Shown here: piece after piece, positions 1 to 14,025 of the stretch
How positions within the stretch are numbered: position 1 is the first letter of the stretch
Layout of the letters: each line of letters opens with the position of its first letter
Notes under the pieces: model-generated
What the model saw: the letters and a program-made list of their open reading frames with translations, nothing else
Database searches by the model: none
Told to the model about the DNA's origin: nothing
Position numbers and translations under genes: made by a program
Origin: Mobula hypostoma
Lineage: Eukaryota
Direction of reading: 5' to 3'
Assembly: GCF_963921235.1 (NCBI RefSeq)
Contig: NC_086097.1
Coordinates: 51,586,001-51,650,000, forward strand
DNA length: 64,000 nucleotides

Positions 1-890
1 ACTAGACTACAGACCTACCCAGGACTGCATAAAGTGCACAAAACGGTGCAGGCATTACAATAAATAATAAATAAGACAATATGCACAGTAGAGGGCAGTA
101 GGTTGGTGTCAGTCCAGGCTCTGGGTATTGAGGAGTCTGATGGCTTGGGGGAAGAAATTGTTACATAGTCTGGTCGTGAGAGCCCGAATACTTTGGTGCC
201 TTTTGCCAGATGGCAGGAGGGAGAAGAGTTTGTATGAGGGGTGCGTGGGGTCCTTCATAATGCTGTTTGCTTTACGGATGCAGCGTGTGGTGTAAATGTC
301 TGTAATGGCAGGAAGAGAGACCCCGATGATCTTCTCAGCTGACCTCACTATCCGCTGCAGGGCCTTGCGATCCAAGATGGTGCAATTTCCAAACCAGGCA
401 GTGATGCAGTTCTCAGGATGCTCTCAATACAACCTCTGTAGAATGTGGTGAGGATGGTGGGTGGGAGATGGACTTTTCTCAGCCTTCGCAAAAAGAAGAG
501 ACGCTGCTGGGCTTTCTTTGCTATGGAGTTGGTGTTGAGGGACCAGGTGAGATTCTCCTGCAGGTGAACACCAAGAAATTTGGTGCTCTTAACGATCTCT
601 CTGGAGGAGTCGTCGATGTTCAGCGGAGAGTGGCCGTTCTGTGTCCTCCTGAAGTCAACAACCATCTCTTTTGTTTTGTTCACATTCAGAGACAGGTTGT
701 TGGCACTGCACCAGTCCGTTAGCTGCTGTATCTCCTCTTTGTATGCTGACTCATCGTTCTTGCTGATGAGACCCACCACGGTCGTGTCATCGGCAAACTT
801 GATGATGTGGTTCGAGCTGTGTGTTACAGCACAGTCATGGGTCAGCAGAGTGAACAGCAGTGGACTGAGCACACAGCCCTGGGGGGCCCT
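1..890 (-). mobile_element. Rex1/Babar-type LINE, 5'-truncated (RT C-half and C-terminal region), runs off window start
   Basis: ORFs 348-872 (LSPLLFTLLTHDC...[13 protein letters not shown]...KAQQRLFFLRRL) and 109-375 (LFSLLPSGKR...FFPQAIRLLN), joined by a frameshift. Confidence 0.9.
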
Positions 891-1752
891 GTGAAGTGTC
901 GCCTCACCTGGAAGGACTGTTTAGAGCCTTGGATGGTAGTGAAGGAGGAGGTGTAGGGGCAGGTGTAGCACTTTTTCCGCTTGTAAGTATAAGTGCTAGG
1001 AGGGAGATCAGTGGGGAGGGACGAATGGACAAGGGAGTTGTGTAGGGAGCGATCCCTGCAGAAGGCAGAAAATGGGGAAGGGGGAGAGGGAAAGATGTGT
1101 TTTGTGGTGGGATCTTGTTGGAAGTGGCAGAAGTTTCGGAAAATTATGTGCTGGATGCAGAGGCTGGTGGGGTGGCAGGAGGATGGGGTAAGAGAAGATG
1201 TGTGTGAAATGGAAGAGATGCAGTTGAGGGCAGCGCTGATGGTGGAGGAAGGGAAGTCCCTTTCTTTGAAAAAGGAGGACATCTCCTTTGTTCCAGAATG
1301 AAAAGCCTCATCCTGAGAGCAGATGCGGCAGAGACATAGCAATTGAGAAAATGAGCTGGCATTTTTACAAGCAGTAGGGTGGGACAAGGTGTAGTCTAGG
1401 TAGAAGTGAGAGTCCGTAGGTTTGTAATAGACATCAGTGGATATGCTGTCTCCGGAGGTAGAGACAGTGAGATCGAGAAAGAGAAGGGAGGTGTTGGAAA
1501 AAGAACAGGTGAATTTGAGGGCAGGGTGCAGGTGGAATTTGGAGGCAAAGTGGATGAAGTCGACAAGTTCAGCATGGGTTCAGGAAGCAGCACTAATGCA
1601 ATTGTCGATGTAGCGTAGGAAAAGTGCGGGATGGTCACCAGTGTAGGCTTGGAACATAGACTGTTCCACGTAGCTGACAAACAGGGACCTCTGTGATTGC
1701 CCATGGATACCCCTTTTGTTTGAAGGAAGTGGGAGGAGCCAAAGGAGAAATG
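891..1752 (-). mobile_element. Penelope-like element fragment (RT C-terminal part and linker to GIY-YIG), cut at 890 by the Rex1 insertion
   Basis: Fragments FLQTKGVSMG, FLRYIDNCI, SHPTACKNASSFSQLLCLCRICSQDEAF and KRKKCYTCPY...QSFQVRRHFT; homologous to 34430-35723. Confidence 0.85.
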
Positions 1753-1883
1753 ATCGAAAATAGCACTCCCTCCTCCCTCCAGCCAAAAGTGGTTGCTCCA
1801 GCTATCAATGTCAAGATAACAACTGAAAACAGAATTATAATGCTACTTATCAGACAGTTACAAACTAGATTTTTAAAAAATTT

Positions 1884-2129
1884 TAATTTAGAGATACAGC
1901 ATAGTAACAGGCCCCCTTCTGGCCCAATGAACCCATACTGCCCAATTACATGCATGAGACCACTTAACCTACATGTAGGGTATTTGTATTGTGGGAAGAA
2001 ACCAGAGCACCTGGAGGAAACAAACTGATCATGGGGAGGAAGTACAGCTCCTTACAGACAGCAGTTGAATTGAAGCCAGGTCACTGGTGCTGTAATAGTG
2101 TTACAGTCAATACTATACTACTGTACCAC
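1884..2129 (-). mobile_element. tRNA-derived V-SINE (HE1-like) with CR1-type 3' tail
   Basis: Minus strand has the V-domain-like GTTTCCTCCAGGTGCTCTGGTTTCTTCCCACA, a degenerate tRNA-like head and the tail GGGCCAGAAGGGGCCTGTTACTATGCTGTATCTCTAAAT. Confidence 0.75.
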
Positions 2130-2599
2130 TTGATTACTGGAATCCCCGTAAAGAAGCAATCACAACATTAATATTCACAAAACTGGAAATATGAAACAAG
2201 TTATTACAGAATTCTGGCAAATTTTCAGATTGCTCAAGTACATGACAGCAATTTACATGTTATATTTTGAGACTCACCATGAATCTTCATTTTGTCCTTA
2301 ATAAAATGCTCTTTCCATTACTGGCCTTTATGAATTACTTTTCACCTTCTTATGCACAAGCATTTTTCAAAGTTAATTAAGTATAAGACATATCACATGA
2401 CTTATTTATTTTAACATTCTAAGGAAATGGTTACAATAACTTTATGGAATATTCATAAACCATTATAGTATTATGTTTCTTATACACATCTAGGTACAGG
2501 AGTTCTGACCAAATGTTCCTCTTACTAAATTTCAAATTAAGCCCTGTTAAGGATCAAGCAAAACTACTTTCTTTAGTTGACCTTCTAAAGATTGACTAT

Positions 2600-3491
2600 C
2601 AAAGGTTGAAATAAAAGCCCTGATGTGGTAAGCTACATGTCAAAACAGAAAGGAAATAAAACGTCCTCTCACATACCACAAAAAAAAAGCTTGTAAAGAC
2701 TTTGCAAGGCGTCACTTAGAAGATACTGTAAAGACGTGGAGAAAGGTCTTGAGGTCAGATGAGATTAGAGTGGAATTTTTTTAACCTGAACACTAAGTGG
2801 TATGTGTGGCGTAAATCTAATGCTGCACATCGGTCAGGTAACATGTCCCTACTGTAAAATACTGTGGAAGTAGCATCTTGCTACGGGTTTGCTTTTCAGC
2901 AGCAGCCACTGGAAATCTGGTCAGGATTGATGGGAAGATTAATGCTTCTCAATACAGAGAAATACTACATAAAAACCTGCTTGCCTCTGCTAGAAAGCTT
3001 AAGCTGGACAATGACCCAGAGCACACTGCCAGGGCAATCATAGAGTGGACTCGAATGAAGAAAATTGATGTCCTTGAATAGCCGAGTCAGAATCAAACAT
3101 CTCTGACAAGACCTCAAATTTGCTGACTACCGCTGCTCCCCAACCACCCTGGCATAGCTTGAGCAATTTTGCAAGGAGGAATGGGAAAATCGTGCTCCAT
3201 TGCATTGTGCAAAACTAATAGACTTAACCAAAAAGACCAGTGGCTATAATAGCTGTATGAGATGGTTCAGCTGAATACTGACCAAAGGTGGATGAATACT
3301 TTTGAACTGCTGACACTTCAGTTTTTAAATTTTTAATTTTTCACGCTTTACAGTTTTCCCTCTTTTCAGCTCTACTGTGAATAAAGGAGTATGTGATTCA
3401 CAAATAGAAATTCTCAGTTAAATTGACCAAAGTCCCTGGCTGTAATACTCATTCATGTGAACTGGGGATGCAATACTTTTACAAGTCACTG
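2600..3491 (+). mobile_element. Tc1-family DNA transposon remnant (decayed DDE transposase and right IR/DR end; left end missing)
   Basis: Translated fragments FARRHLEDTVKTWRKVLRSDE, CFSAAATGNLVRIDGKINASQYREIL, DNDPEHT, EQFCKEEW; terminal AATACTTTTACAAGTCACTG ending 3491 and inner repeat GAATACTTTTGAACTG near 3294. Confidence 0.85.
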
Positions 3492-3651
3492 GATGCTTTT
3501 TCCCTGAATTGATCTTAAAAGGTGGATGGGGTGGTTAGAAAGAGGGGAAAGAGGAAGGAAAAGCATTGCAACTCCTTTCCCTATACTTTCATGGTAGAAA
3601 ATGGCTGGGAACCCCTGCCCAGGTGAGATATTAAATGTGATTTAAAAAAGG

Positions 3652-3995
3652 TATTATACTTTATTCTCGCCAAACAATTGATACTAGAATGTAAATCATC
3701 ACAGCAATATTTGATTCTGCACTTCCCACTCCCTGGAGTACAAATCGATAGTAAATATTAAAAATTTAAATTATAAATCATAAATAGAAAATAGAAAATG
3801 GAAAGTATGGTAGTGCAAAAAAACCAAGAGGCAGGTCTGGATATTTGGAGGGTACAGCCCAGATCTGGGTTAGGATCCGTTCAGCAGTCTTATCACAGTT
3901 GGAAAGAAGCTGTTCCCAAATTTGGCTGTACGAGTCTTCAAGCTCCTGAGCCTTCTCCCGGAGGGAAGAGGGACGAAAAGTATGTTGGCTGAGTG
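3652..3995 (-). mobile_element. Rex1-type LINE 3' end (same subfamily as 17640-18085)
   Basis: LPSGRRLRSLKTRTAKFGNSFFPTVIRLLN plus a 3' UTR ending AATAAAGTATA. Confidence 0.85.
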
Positions 3996-4157
3996 GTTTA
4001 TCAGTAAAACATCAAATGTCACCTTTCGATGGCAGCTTAAGCTTCCAATCTTCAAATAGATATAGATACAGAGTGTGTTTTTAAGCTGTTTTCTGGACCA
4101 AGATTGGCAGATTTTGTTGTATGGTTGTTGGCATCTGTCTGTCTCAAAGGACAGTGG

Positions 4158-4650
4158 GTGATGATGATGATCATCACAAGCCTGGGTGGAATGTATGGAG
4201 ATCCTGAGATGCCCAGTCATCAAGACCCCTCCTCTCGGCCTCACCAGTGTAGTCCAAAAGAAAGCTTATAAGCTTGGCTGCAGGAACTGCCGGAAGGACG
4301 TTCAATAACGTCTAGCCACTTTAGGGGCTCCACTCCAGATTTGCTGTCTGAGTTTACTCCCGTAGCCTTCGTCTCTCCCGAGGCTGCTCACAAGGCAGAG
4401 GGGCTATTTACCCATAGGTGGAGATCTGGTTCACGAGCACCAGGGCATGTCCACACACGGGTGGGCCTGTGTGCTATATGTGCAGGGTACAGAGCTCTTC
4501 CCCGTCCTCTGTAGTTCAGCCTGAGTCTGAAGAGAGCTCAGATTCCGTGAGTTGCCAGCAAGGAGGTACTACATGAATCTTGCTGTTGGAAAGGCCGAGA
4601 AAGACTTACCCATTCAGCTCTCTTTTTCGCAAGACTGCTAGCCAGCTGTG
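4158..4650 (-). mobile_element. Probable non-autonomous RTE-derived element with (ATC)n tail
   Basis: Segment near 4320-4370 resembles the reverse complement of 57320-57365 (GGGAGTAAAC...CAAATC...GGAG.CCCTAA); short (GAT)n run at the left end. Confidence 0.5.
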
Positions 4651-6624
4651 GAAGTGGAAAGTGAGAGTGATACTACACTACTACACTAGACGCATCACAT
4701 GCATTTGTTGTATGACCACATATGTAATCCTAAACTGATTCAAGTTAGTGTTGAATAAGGTGCAAATGTCAAGGAGAAAGGATAGTATTTTGACTTGTTA
4801 GCAAAATATTAAAATAAAAGACATTTGTGAACAGTTTAAATGGCTACCAGAAAATTAATCCATGACTATATGCCTTATATTGTGCATCCCTATTCCACTA
4901 GCAAAACAAAGGCTTTATCACTAGAACCATAACTCCTTACAAAGGCAACTGTTTTCCAGCAAATTAATCAACATTCTCCCAATGAACATCAGAAAGCTGT
5001 ATTTATGCAGTCTGACACACATTTCCATTTAGATTAGGTGGCCATGCAGTTTACAGTCATGGATGAACATCCAGACCTTAGCTCAAGCAGAAGGCCTATT
5101 CTATATCTGTAGCAATGGCACTACTGGAATTTGGGCTTTAGTGCTAAACTAATTTCTATATGCCTTTTTCGAACATGATACCAGGTTCTCGAGTCTCTCA
5201 GCCCCTACATTAGGCAAATATTTATATTGGACTGTTTTATAGACAAATGACTGAAAAACGCGTTGAAAGATCTAACTAAACTATCAATGTCGACATTGAT
5301 ATTTGCAATAAATCCACAAATTTTTTTTATATATTCACAAATACCATTTTGTAAAACAATATGAATAAGGTCCCAATAAGAAATGGACAAGAAGTCCCAA
5401 TAATTTGCATAAAACTCAATTAGTGATTAATAGAAGTAACTATCTTAAAAAAAATCTATTCATTGGAACGGTGGCATACAACTGCTTGAAGTTTTCTTTT
5501 GTACCATATGCAAATGCAGCCAGTTTCATTCTAATTAGCATCATCAATGAAGTAAATGGCAACAATCAATTATACCTCAAACTTTAAAAATGCAGTGGCA
5601 CACTGACATTAAATAAATATTGAAACAAAAATACCAAAAACAGAAAACAAAATTAATATTTTTCTGAGATTAGAAATGTTTATCAAACTCTGCTTATTTT
5701 TTATGGCCTACACTGTATAGTGTGAAGTGAATAGTAACAGGAGACTAATGGAATTAAACTAACCTCCATAAAGTGCCAAGAGTGGAAGAAAATGAGATTC
5801 TTCTCATTAGCTTACAGCTGATGGCTGTGAACAATATAGGTCATAGGCTGTAGCGGGGGTTGGGAAAGCAGAACCATTTGCTTTGCTGTGCTCCAAACAC
5901 ACTTCGATATCAGCAACTAGAAAAGAGAGGCCATCTGCTAAGTTGCATGAAAGAATCTCTAAGAGATCTTAGTTTAAAGAAACTCAGGGAAAAACTGTGG
6001 AATATTTGCTTAGATAGAGTACAAGAAAATCTGCTATTGCCAACCAAGTTCAACAACACCAATAACAGATTTTTCTACCTCATCTCAACTCCACCAACAA
6101 ATGTAAAGCTATCTGTAACTGTCTAAAAAATAAAGACAGTTAATACATTTTCTTCAGAATTATGTATTAGGCTGCCATTTATCCTGATTAAAATGGTGTG
6201 TCTGTAAAGTGGTAACTAATAGGATTCTGAAAGGGTCAAAATTAAAATCCTAAAAACCTTCCCATTAAATGATTTAATTGTACTTACATATGCAATAAAA
6301 GTAGTTCCCGTGTTTCTCTTTGAAACTCTGCTGCGATTTTTTTTAATATCCACCTGACAGAGCAGAGTGAGCCTTTGTTTAATAGTTCCACTTAGTACTG
6401 CACCAGAACATCAGCGGAGAATTTTGAATTTACGTCTTCAGCAGTGGATGTGGATCCAGCTTTTTCCAGCTCCATTGGGTGTGCTATCAATGGAGCCAGG
6501 GATGACATCTTTTTAAAACAGCGAGTACGGTATCACTCCACCTGTTAACTCATTAATCAGATGGAGCTGCACTTTTGCAATTATTTTTTGTTAGGCAAAT
6601 TAAAATTACAATTTAAGCAAAACA

Positions 6625-7060
6625 TTATCGGAAAGATGTAATTGCACTTGAGGGAGCGCAATCGAGATTTATGAGAAAATACAAGGACTGAATTTGTTTT
6701 AATCAGGAGGACAGGCTGGAGAGGCTGCAGTTGTTTTTAGGAACAGAGTGACTGAGGTAGACATAATGGACATGGATTGAGAGACTTATATATCTTAACA
6801 TATTACTCTGTATATACAAGGTCAAAACCTCGAAGCATCAATTTAAAGAAACTGAAAGAATGCCTCGAGGGATGAGAAACAGTTTTTTTTTCATTCAGGG
6901 GTTGGCAGGGTCTGGAATACAACGCGTAAAAGGGTTGGAAACGCAGAGACGCTCGCAGCATTTAAAAGGATACGTGAATGTGTGAACATGAATAAACCAG
7001 CAGGATTATGGACATAGTACGGAGCGTTCCTTGCTGGATAGTTCCTTTTCTAGTAATCTC
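6625..7060 (+). mobile_element. Old, decayed CR1 3' fragment in TRIM9 intron 1
   Basis: GGAAAGATGTAATTGCACTTGAGGGAGCGCAATCGAGATTT (RKDVIALEGAQSRF) followed by a degenerate FFTQRV..WN-like segment. Confidence 0.65.
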
Positions 7061-7692
7061 CAAATGTGTAATATATTTTCAGCGAGTATATTATTCTACA
7101 AAATTGTACAAACAATTTTAATCACTGAAATCACGTTCCTTTAATTTTCCAAAGTACTGTACCCTGCAACCGAAATGTACTGAAGATTCCTGCAGCGTAA
7201 AGCAGGGGCAGCTCTCACCTCAAACACTTGTAACAGCTGTCACTATAAAACAGCAGGATCTGTAACTGGATTAATTAAGGAAGAAGGAATAACACGCCGC
7301 TTGAAATTCACGCTGTTAAAGTAACTCCCACCGTCACAAGCTGACCAACAACAGCATCATGTAAACCTTTGCAAAACGATTGAAATAAGAATCATTTGAA
7401 AGCAGCAAATTACCTATAATTAATCTACAGCTGCATGACTCCATTCGGTGAAAGGCGCACCATAACAATAGAATGCGTTATTCTTTTTCTTTACTGGGGA
7501 AAGACACCGTATCTCTGGTTATACTGCACAATCCTAAATGTGCGGGGGGAGGGGGTAGGGGAGACTCAGTGATCGTTCCTATAGGATCAAGATTTGCGGC
7601 GCTCACCCCCAATAGTACGTTAGGACACTAACGGGGACGGCGGGATAATGTTGTGAAGAACCATCGTCAGCCAGTTGTGAAGAACCAAACTA

Positions 7693-8820
<1,128 letters not shown>

Positions 8821-11349
8821 AATGAGAGATAGCAAAGTGCAAAAGTTTAACTAGAGCTATGGGCTTCTGCTTGCTTGGAAATATCACTGTTGAGGTCGCC
8901 TCGCTAAATATTTTTGATTATAAATAATTTGGTGCAAGGTGTCATGAATCCCGCGAAGAGTAAATATTCCACGTCCCACATTTTCCTGTTATTAACCCCT
9001 TACAGAATTTTCAACTGGGAATTGTTTACAAGTAGATGAAGGAAGTGCACGCATAATGGCAGTGAATCATATTTGAACAAAGCGCTGATGAATGCAAAGA
9101 AAAGATATTTTTGTATAAATTTAAATATGGGCACTAGTGTTACCTCATAACAACTAGTGTTACCCTATTAGTATACTTAATTGAAACCTTCACGTCTGCT
9201 TTTCACAGTACTTTTACACAGTAAATTTAAATTGTCAACCAGATTATCGAGAAGTCACAATTGCACACAGAACAACTTTTAAAATTGAATTTCTTTCTTT
9301 CAAACACTAACGGCACGGGCGTTTTATTTAGTGTTTTTACCCAGATAAAATTAAGTGAATTACTGAAAGACAGTTTCTTTTCGGAAAATAACAAACAAAT
9401 GACCTGATCAATTGTTGTCTTATATGAAAGTATATTTTCATCGAGACCCTTACTTGCCGCATTTTGACGTGTGGGAAAAGTCTTTCAGTGTGAATATATT
9501 AATGGACATTTTGGCAGAATTGACAGGGTTTTGAAAACAAGTCAATTTTATTTTGAGATTTTGCTAAAGGATACTCTGTTTTATTTTAGAGTGCCGATTA
9601 TGTCGATGTTTCAGTGCCAGGTTAACTTTTGTGATTTAGCTAATTTCAATTATTTTTATTCATGTGATTAGGTCTCTTTATTCCCAAGGATGCAACCAGG
9701 AATAAGCCAACGCCACTATAGTGACTTGCACGAGGAAAAGAGAAGAAACGACGTTGTCATTCATGATTCTATTCATTGCTTTCAGACTTGAAGTAGTGAG
9801 ACCATTTGAGAAGTATTCATTTGGGTTCTTGGTTGTGTTCCTGGAATTCAGATGTTTCAGCATTTACTTGTTTAATACGTCCAAAACTTAAGAAATCTCC
9901 ACAGCAGCCAAATGTTGATAACTTTAATTAGCACCCCAAAAACGTAGATGGGATCTCTGAAGAGAACCTGAGTCTCCGTTGAAATTGCACAAGTTTGTTG
10001 ATTGATTCGTTTGAGAAATATAGGCTACATTTATTTTGGCAATCTAGTGGACGAAAGTGAATGCACATTATATTAGTCCATCATCTATTAATGTAACTAG
10101 TGATACTAACACTTGCAGAAAGCATAACATTACCTTTAATGCACCTTTAGGTTTTCCGGGAATTTCTTCGGAAGCCAGAATTGTGGTAAACACCAACATT
10201 TCAAAAATAACATCCAAAACTTCAAAATATTCCAAATTCATGCTTCAGATGACCCAGAACTCGAGCCATTCGTCTGGCTTTCATCTGACTCAATATTTTG
10301 TGGATAAGTCAACGTGTAAATCAGCGCACAATTTTTTGAAGCTCGTGAACTCACTGGTCAATATGCATGGTCGGGCAAGCAATTTGTTCGTACGGGAATC
10401 GTTAGAAGAGGTGCGTTTTCCGTACGTGTCAAAGATGCGCATATGTATGATGATGATGCCACAATGTGGATGTCTTCTTCTTCTTCTTTGTTTTATGGCG
10501 GTTGGCAACCAGTTTTTCAGTGCATTACCGGCACCTGCTAGATTTGTGGTGTTCCAACCAAGTATGTCATAGAGTTCTCTACTTTAGACAATCTAGTTCA
10601 GCCTGCAGTTCTCTATTAGCATCACTCTGTAGTTGCAATTCCTCGTGAATGCTTAATGTGCTCATTAGATAATGCTGCAAACTGCTATTCTTCCTTAATT
10701 TTGTCACATGTTTTCATGTAGTTGCATTACCTCAATTACATTGATTTCATCTACATCACTTGTAAGACTAAAATCGTCTTGTTAAAGAATAGTAAATATC
10801 GCACGTTATACAGTACTTTTAAAATTGCTGTTTTTCCAAGTCTATCTGCTTTTTCAGGTTTTCTTTTTCTTGGATCGTAGCCTGCAGTTGTTTAGAGACC
10901 TCAGAATTTTTCTTCATTTCCTTCCATGTTTTAATTTTATAATCTGAATGTAGATAATTCTCTTTGCAACACATTCCTTTTCCTTTTGTATCCTTGCAAT
11001 AATTTCCTCCATTTTCCAATCTCTTTCCAACTCACAGTTGTTCTTGCCGGGTACTTCTATTTGTTGGTGGAGTTCTGCACATTTACCCTGGTTTCAACCA
11101 TAAAATCTGAGGATTTTCCTTAAGTTCTGAAACATATTTCTTAAATTCTTGACCATTTGCAATAAATATACTGCCATTAAGATTCCATCTCCCCTGCCTG
11201 TGAACTGTTGGATCCTCCATTCAGCATTTCTTTGACTTCTTCCCACCTAATCCCTTTAATACCAATATACTTTTTCTGCAGACTTGACTATAATTTTAAT
11301 TTTCTCAGTTCTTTTGCTTGTTTGTACTGAACAATTAATTGCATCTACC

Positions 11350-11597
11350 ATAAAAAGCAAATGAAGCTGTCTGTCTGTATCTTGTTTTACAACAGTTGGC
11401 ATCCAGCTTAATGGTGCATTACCACCACAGCAAATGAAGCTGAACCCAGGAGCTATTTATGTAGCCAGCCCAAAATGAGAATCAGGTGCCTCAATTAGAG
11501 CACCCAACAGAACAAGGGAAAACCAGAAAACGTGGAATAAGGAATGATGGACCAGACCGTGAACCAGAATGCGGACTTCACGGTCTGGGTCATGACA
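11350..11597 (-). mobile_element. Gypsy-like LTR fragment (U3 and TATA region)
   Basis: Minus strand begins TGTCATGAC and contains AATTGAGGCACCTGATTCTC and ATAAATAGC; no 3' CA end found. Confidence 0.45.
11370..11428 (-). mobile_element. 59-bp 5'-truncated retroposon end with 14-bp target-site duplication
   Basis: AGCAAATGAAGCTG at 11356-11369 and 11429-11442; insert ends in an (ACAG)n-like tail on the minus strand. Confidence 0.7.
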
Positions 11598-11964
11598 CTC
11601 AATTAGATTAATTGGACTTCATATTTAAGTAATGGTCACATAGATGATTAAAACAGCAAAATCCTTCTGTCACACATGAGATGAAACAAAGTATCACTTT
11701 TCAAATAACATCCAAGGCTAACAACCAGAATGGCTTTCAATTATTATTCTTATGGACGGGCTTCCAAATGGTAGCAGGTGGCAGTTGTTTTCCAAAATAC
11801 TGTCAAAAAGGATACTGATATCACAAGTCTATTCAACAAATTGTGAAGGTGTAACACACCTAAGTTGTCAGGGAAGGGGCTTGGGAATCCTCGTTTTGCA
11901 CTGGACTGCATGAAATACCTCAGAGAGACCTCTGACCTTCTGCCCAAAGTACCCAAAGTTTTCA

Positions 11965-12405
11965 CATGAGGTGTATGGAATAATTATCTCTTGTCTGAAT
12001 GAGTTCAACTTAATTGTTTGAGAACATCAGCACAAAATTATCTATCCATGTCCCAAAACATGCATTCCTTCCACTACCAGTTTATTTTAGCTCCAATTAG
12101 TGCTATCTATGATGAAAGGAAAATCATTAATGAAACAACTGGAGATAGATTCATTTGGCCATTGCCCTAAGGAAATTCTGCTGTGACTTCTTGATGTTGA
12201 GATGATAGACCTGGAAAACCCATATATAAATATATATATTCATTCATGTGAGACGTGACTCCAATTATCAGAGTGTACACCCCTTGATGCCCACTGACTT
12301 GCGTTTTATCTGGTCCTGTGATCACATGCTCAGTTAAATGCTGTTTGATGTCTAGGTAGATCACTTTCACATCACCTCTGGAATTCAGCTCATTAATCCG
12401 GTTTT
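11965..12405. mobile_element. Ancient CR1/L2-group LINE fragments (RT piece on minus strand 12110-12405; probable plus-strand C-terminal piece 11965-12115)
   Basis: ORF 12167-12433 ELNSRGDVKVIYLDIKQ...QEVTAEFP*G is a decayed LD..KAFD...GVPQG RT segment. Confidence 0.55.
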
Positions 12406-12406
12406 G

Positions 12407-14025
12407 AACATAGAAAATAGAAAAATACAGCATAACACAGACCCTTCAGCCTATTATATTATGCCATCATTTTAACCTACTTTAAGATCAATCTACCCCA
12501 TCCCTCCCACATAGTCCTCCACTTTTTTTTCATCCATGTGCCTATCTAAGAGTTTCTTAAATGTTTCCAATATCTCTGTACCTCCCTCTGCAACTGGATC
12601 CTTGACTTCCTCACTGGGAGACCGCAGTCTGTGTAGATTGGAAATGGCGTCCCCTCCTCACTGACAATCAACACTGTTGCACCTCAAGGATGCGTGCTTA
12701 GCTCACTGCTCTACTATCTCCACACCCACGATTATGTGCCTAGGCACTGTTCAAATGGCATCTATAAATTTGCTGACAACACAGCTATTGCTGGCAGAAA
12801 TTCAGATGGTGACAAGAAGGCATACGGGAGCAAGATAGATCAGCTGGTTTAGTGTTGCAGCGACAATCTTGCACAATGTCAGTAAAACCAAGGAATTGAT
12901 TGTTAACTTCAGAAAGGAGAAGTCAAGGGAATACAGATCAGTCCTCATCGAGGGATCAGAAGTGGAAATGTGAGCTGCTTCAACTTCCTTGGTGTCAACA
13001 GCTCTGAGGATCAATCCTGGGCCCAACATATTGATGCAATTACAAAGAAGGCACAAAAGTAGCTATATTTCATTTGGAGAAATGGTATGTCACCAAGGGT
13101 ACTCGCAAGTTTCAAAGATGTACTATGAAGAGCATTCTCACTGGTTGCATCACTGTCTGGTATGAGGGGCCACTGCATAGGATCAGAAAATGCAGCAGAA
13201 TGTTGTAAAGTTAGTCAACTCCATCAGGCACATTAGCCTCCCCAGCATCGAGGATACCTTAAAAGATGATTCTTCCAAAATGAGGCATCCGTCATTGAGG
13301 ACCCCCATCACTCAGGATGTGAAAACACAAACTCAACATTTCAAGAAAAGCTTCTTCTTCTCCGCCCCCAGATTTGTGTATGGACAGTGAACCCATGAAC
13401 ACTACCACATTTTTTTTCTTAATTAATTTATATATATACTTTTAATTTTAATTTATCATTATATATTGCAATGTACTACTACCACAAAACAATAAATTTC
13501 ACCACGTATGCCAGTGATATTAGATCTGATTGTGATTTGCCACCACCCCTGCAGGGTATTCCATGCACCCACCACTCTCTGTGTAAAAAAACATACCTCT
13601 GTAATCCTCCATATACTTTTCTCCAATCACCTTAAAATTATGCCCTCTCATATTAGCTATTTCTGTCCTGGGAAAAGTCTCTGGCTATCCACTCATTCTA
13701 TGATGCATATCATCTTGTACACCTTTATCAATTCCCCTCTCCTCTTCCTTTGCTCCAGAGAGAAAAGCCCCAACTTGTGCTACCTATCCTCATAAGACAT
13801 GCTCTATAATCAGGCAACATTCTGGTCAACCTCCTCTGTATCCTCTCTAAAGCTTCCACATTCTTCCTCGAATGAGGTGACCAGAACTGAACCCAATACT
13901 TCAAGCCTGGTTTAGCCAGGGTTTTATAGAGCTGTAACATTGCCTCACAGCTCTTGAACTCAATCAATCCCCTGACTACTGAAGGCCAGCACACCACAGG
14001 CCTTCTTAACAACCCTATCAACTTG
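12407..14025 (-). mobile_element. CR1 3' fragment split by a Rex1 insertion (pieces about 12407-12577 and 13540-14025)
   Basis: MLQLYKTLAKPGLKYWVQFWSPHSRKNVEALERIQRRLTRML; CATAGAAAATAGAA tail at 12408. Confidence 0.85.
12578..13535 (+). mobile_element. Rex1-type LINE, 5'-truncated and decayed
   Basis: LCNWILDFL...PQGCVLS...YKFADN motifs; 3' end CCAGTGATATTAGATCTGATTGTGATT. Confidence 0.85.

Noticed and set aside
10057..10572. 171-aa plus-strand ORF
   Set aside because: Non-ATG start and no recognisable motifs; more likely a chance frame antisense to the decayed minus-strand segment.
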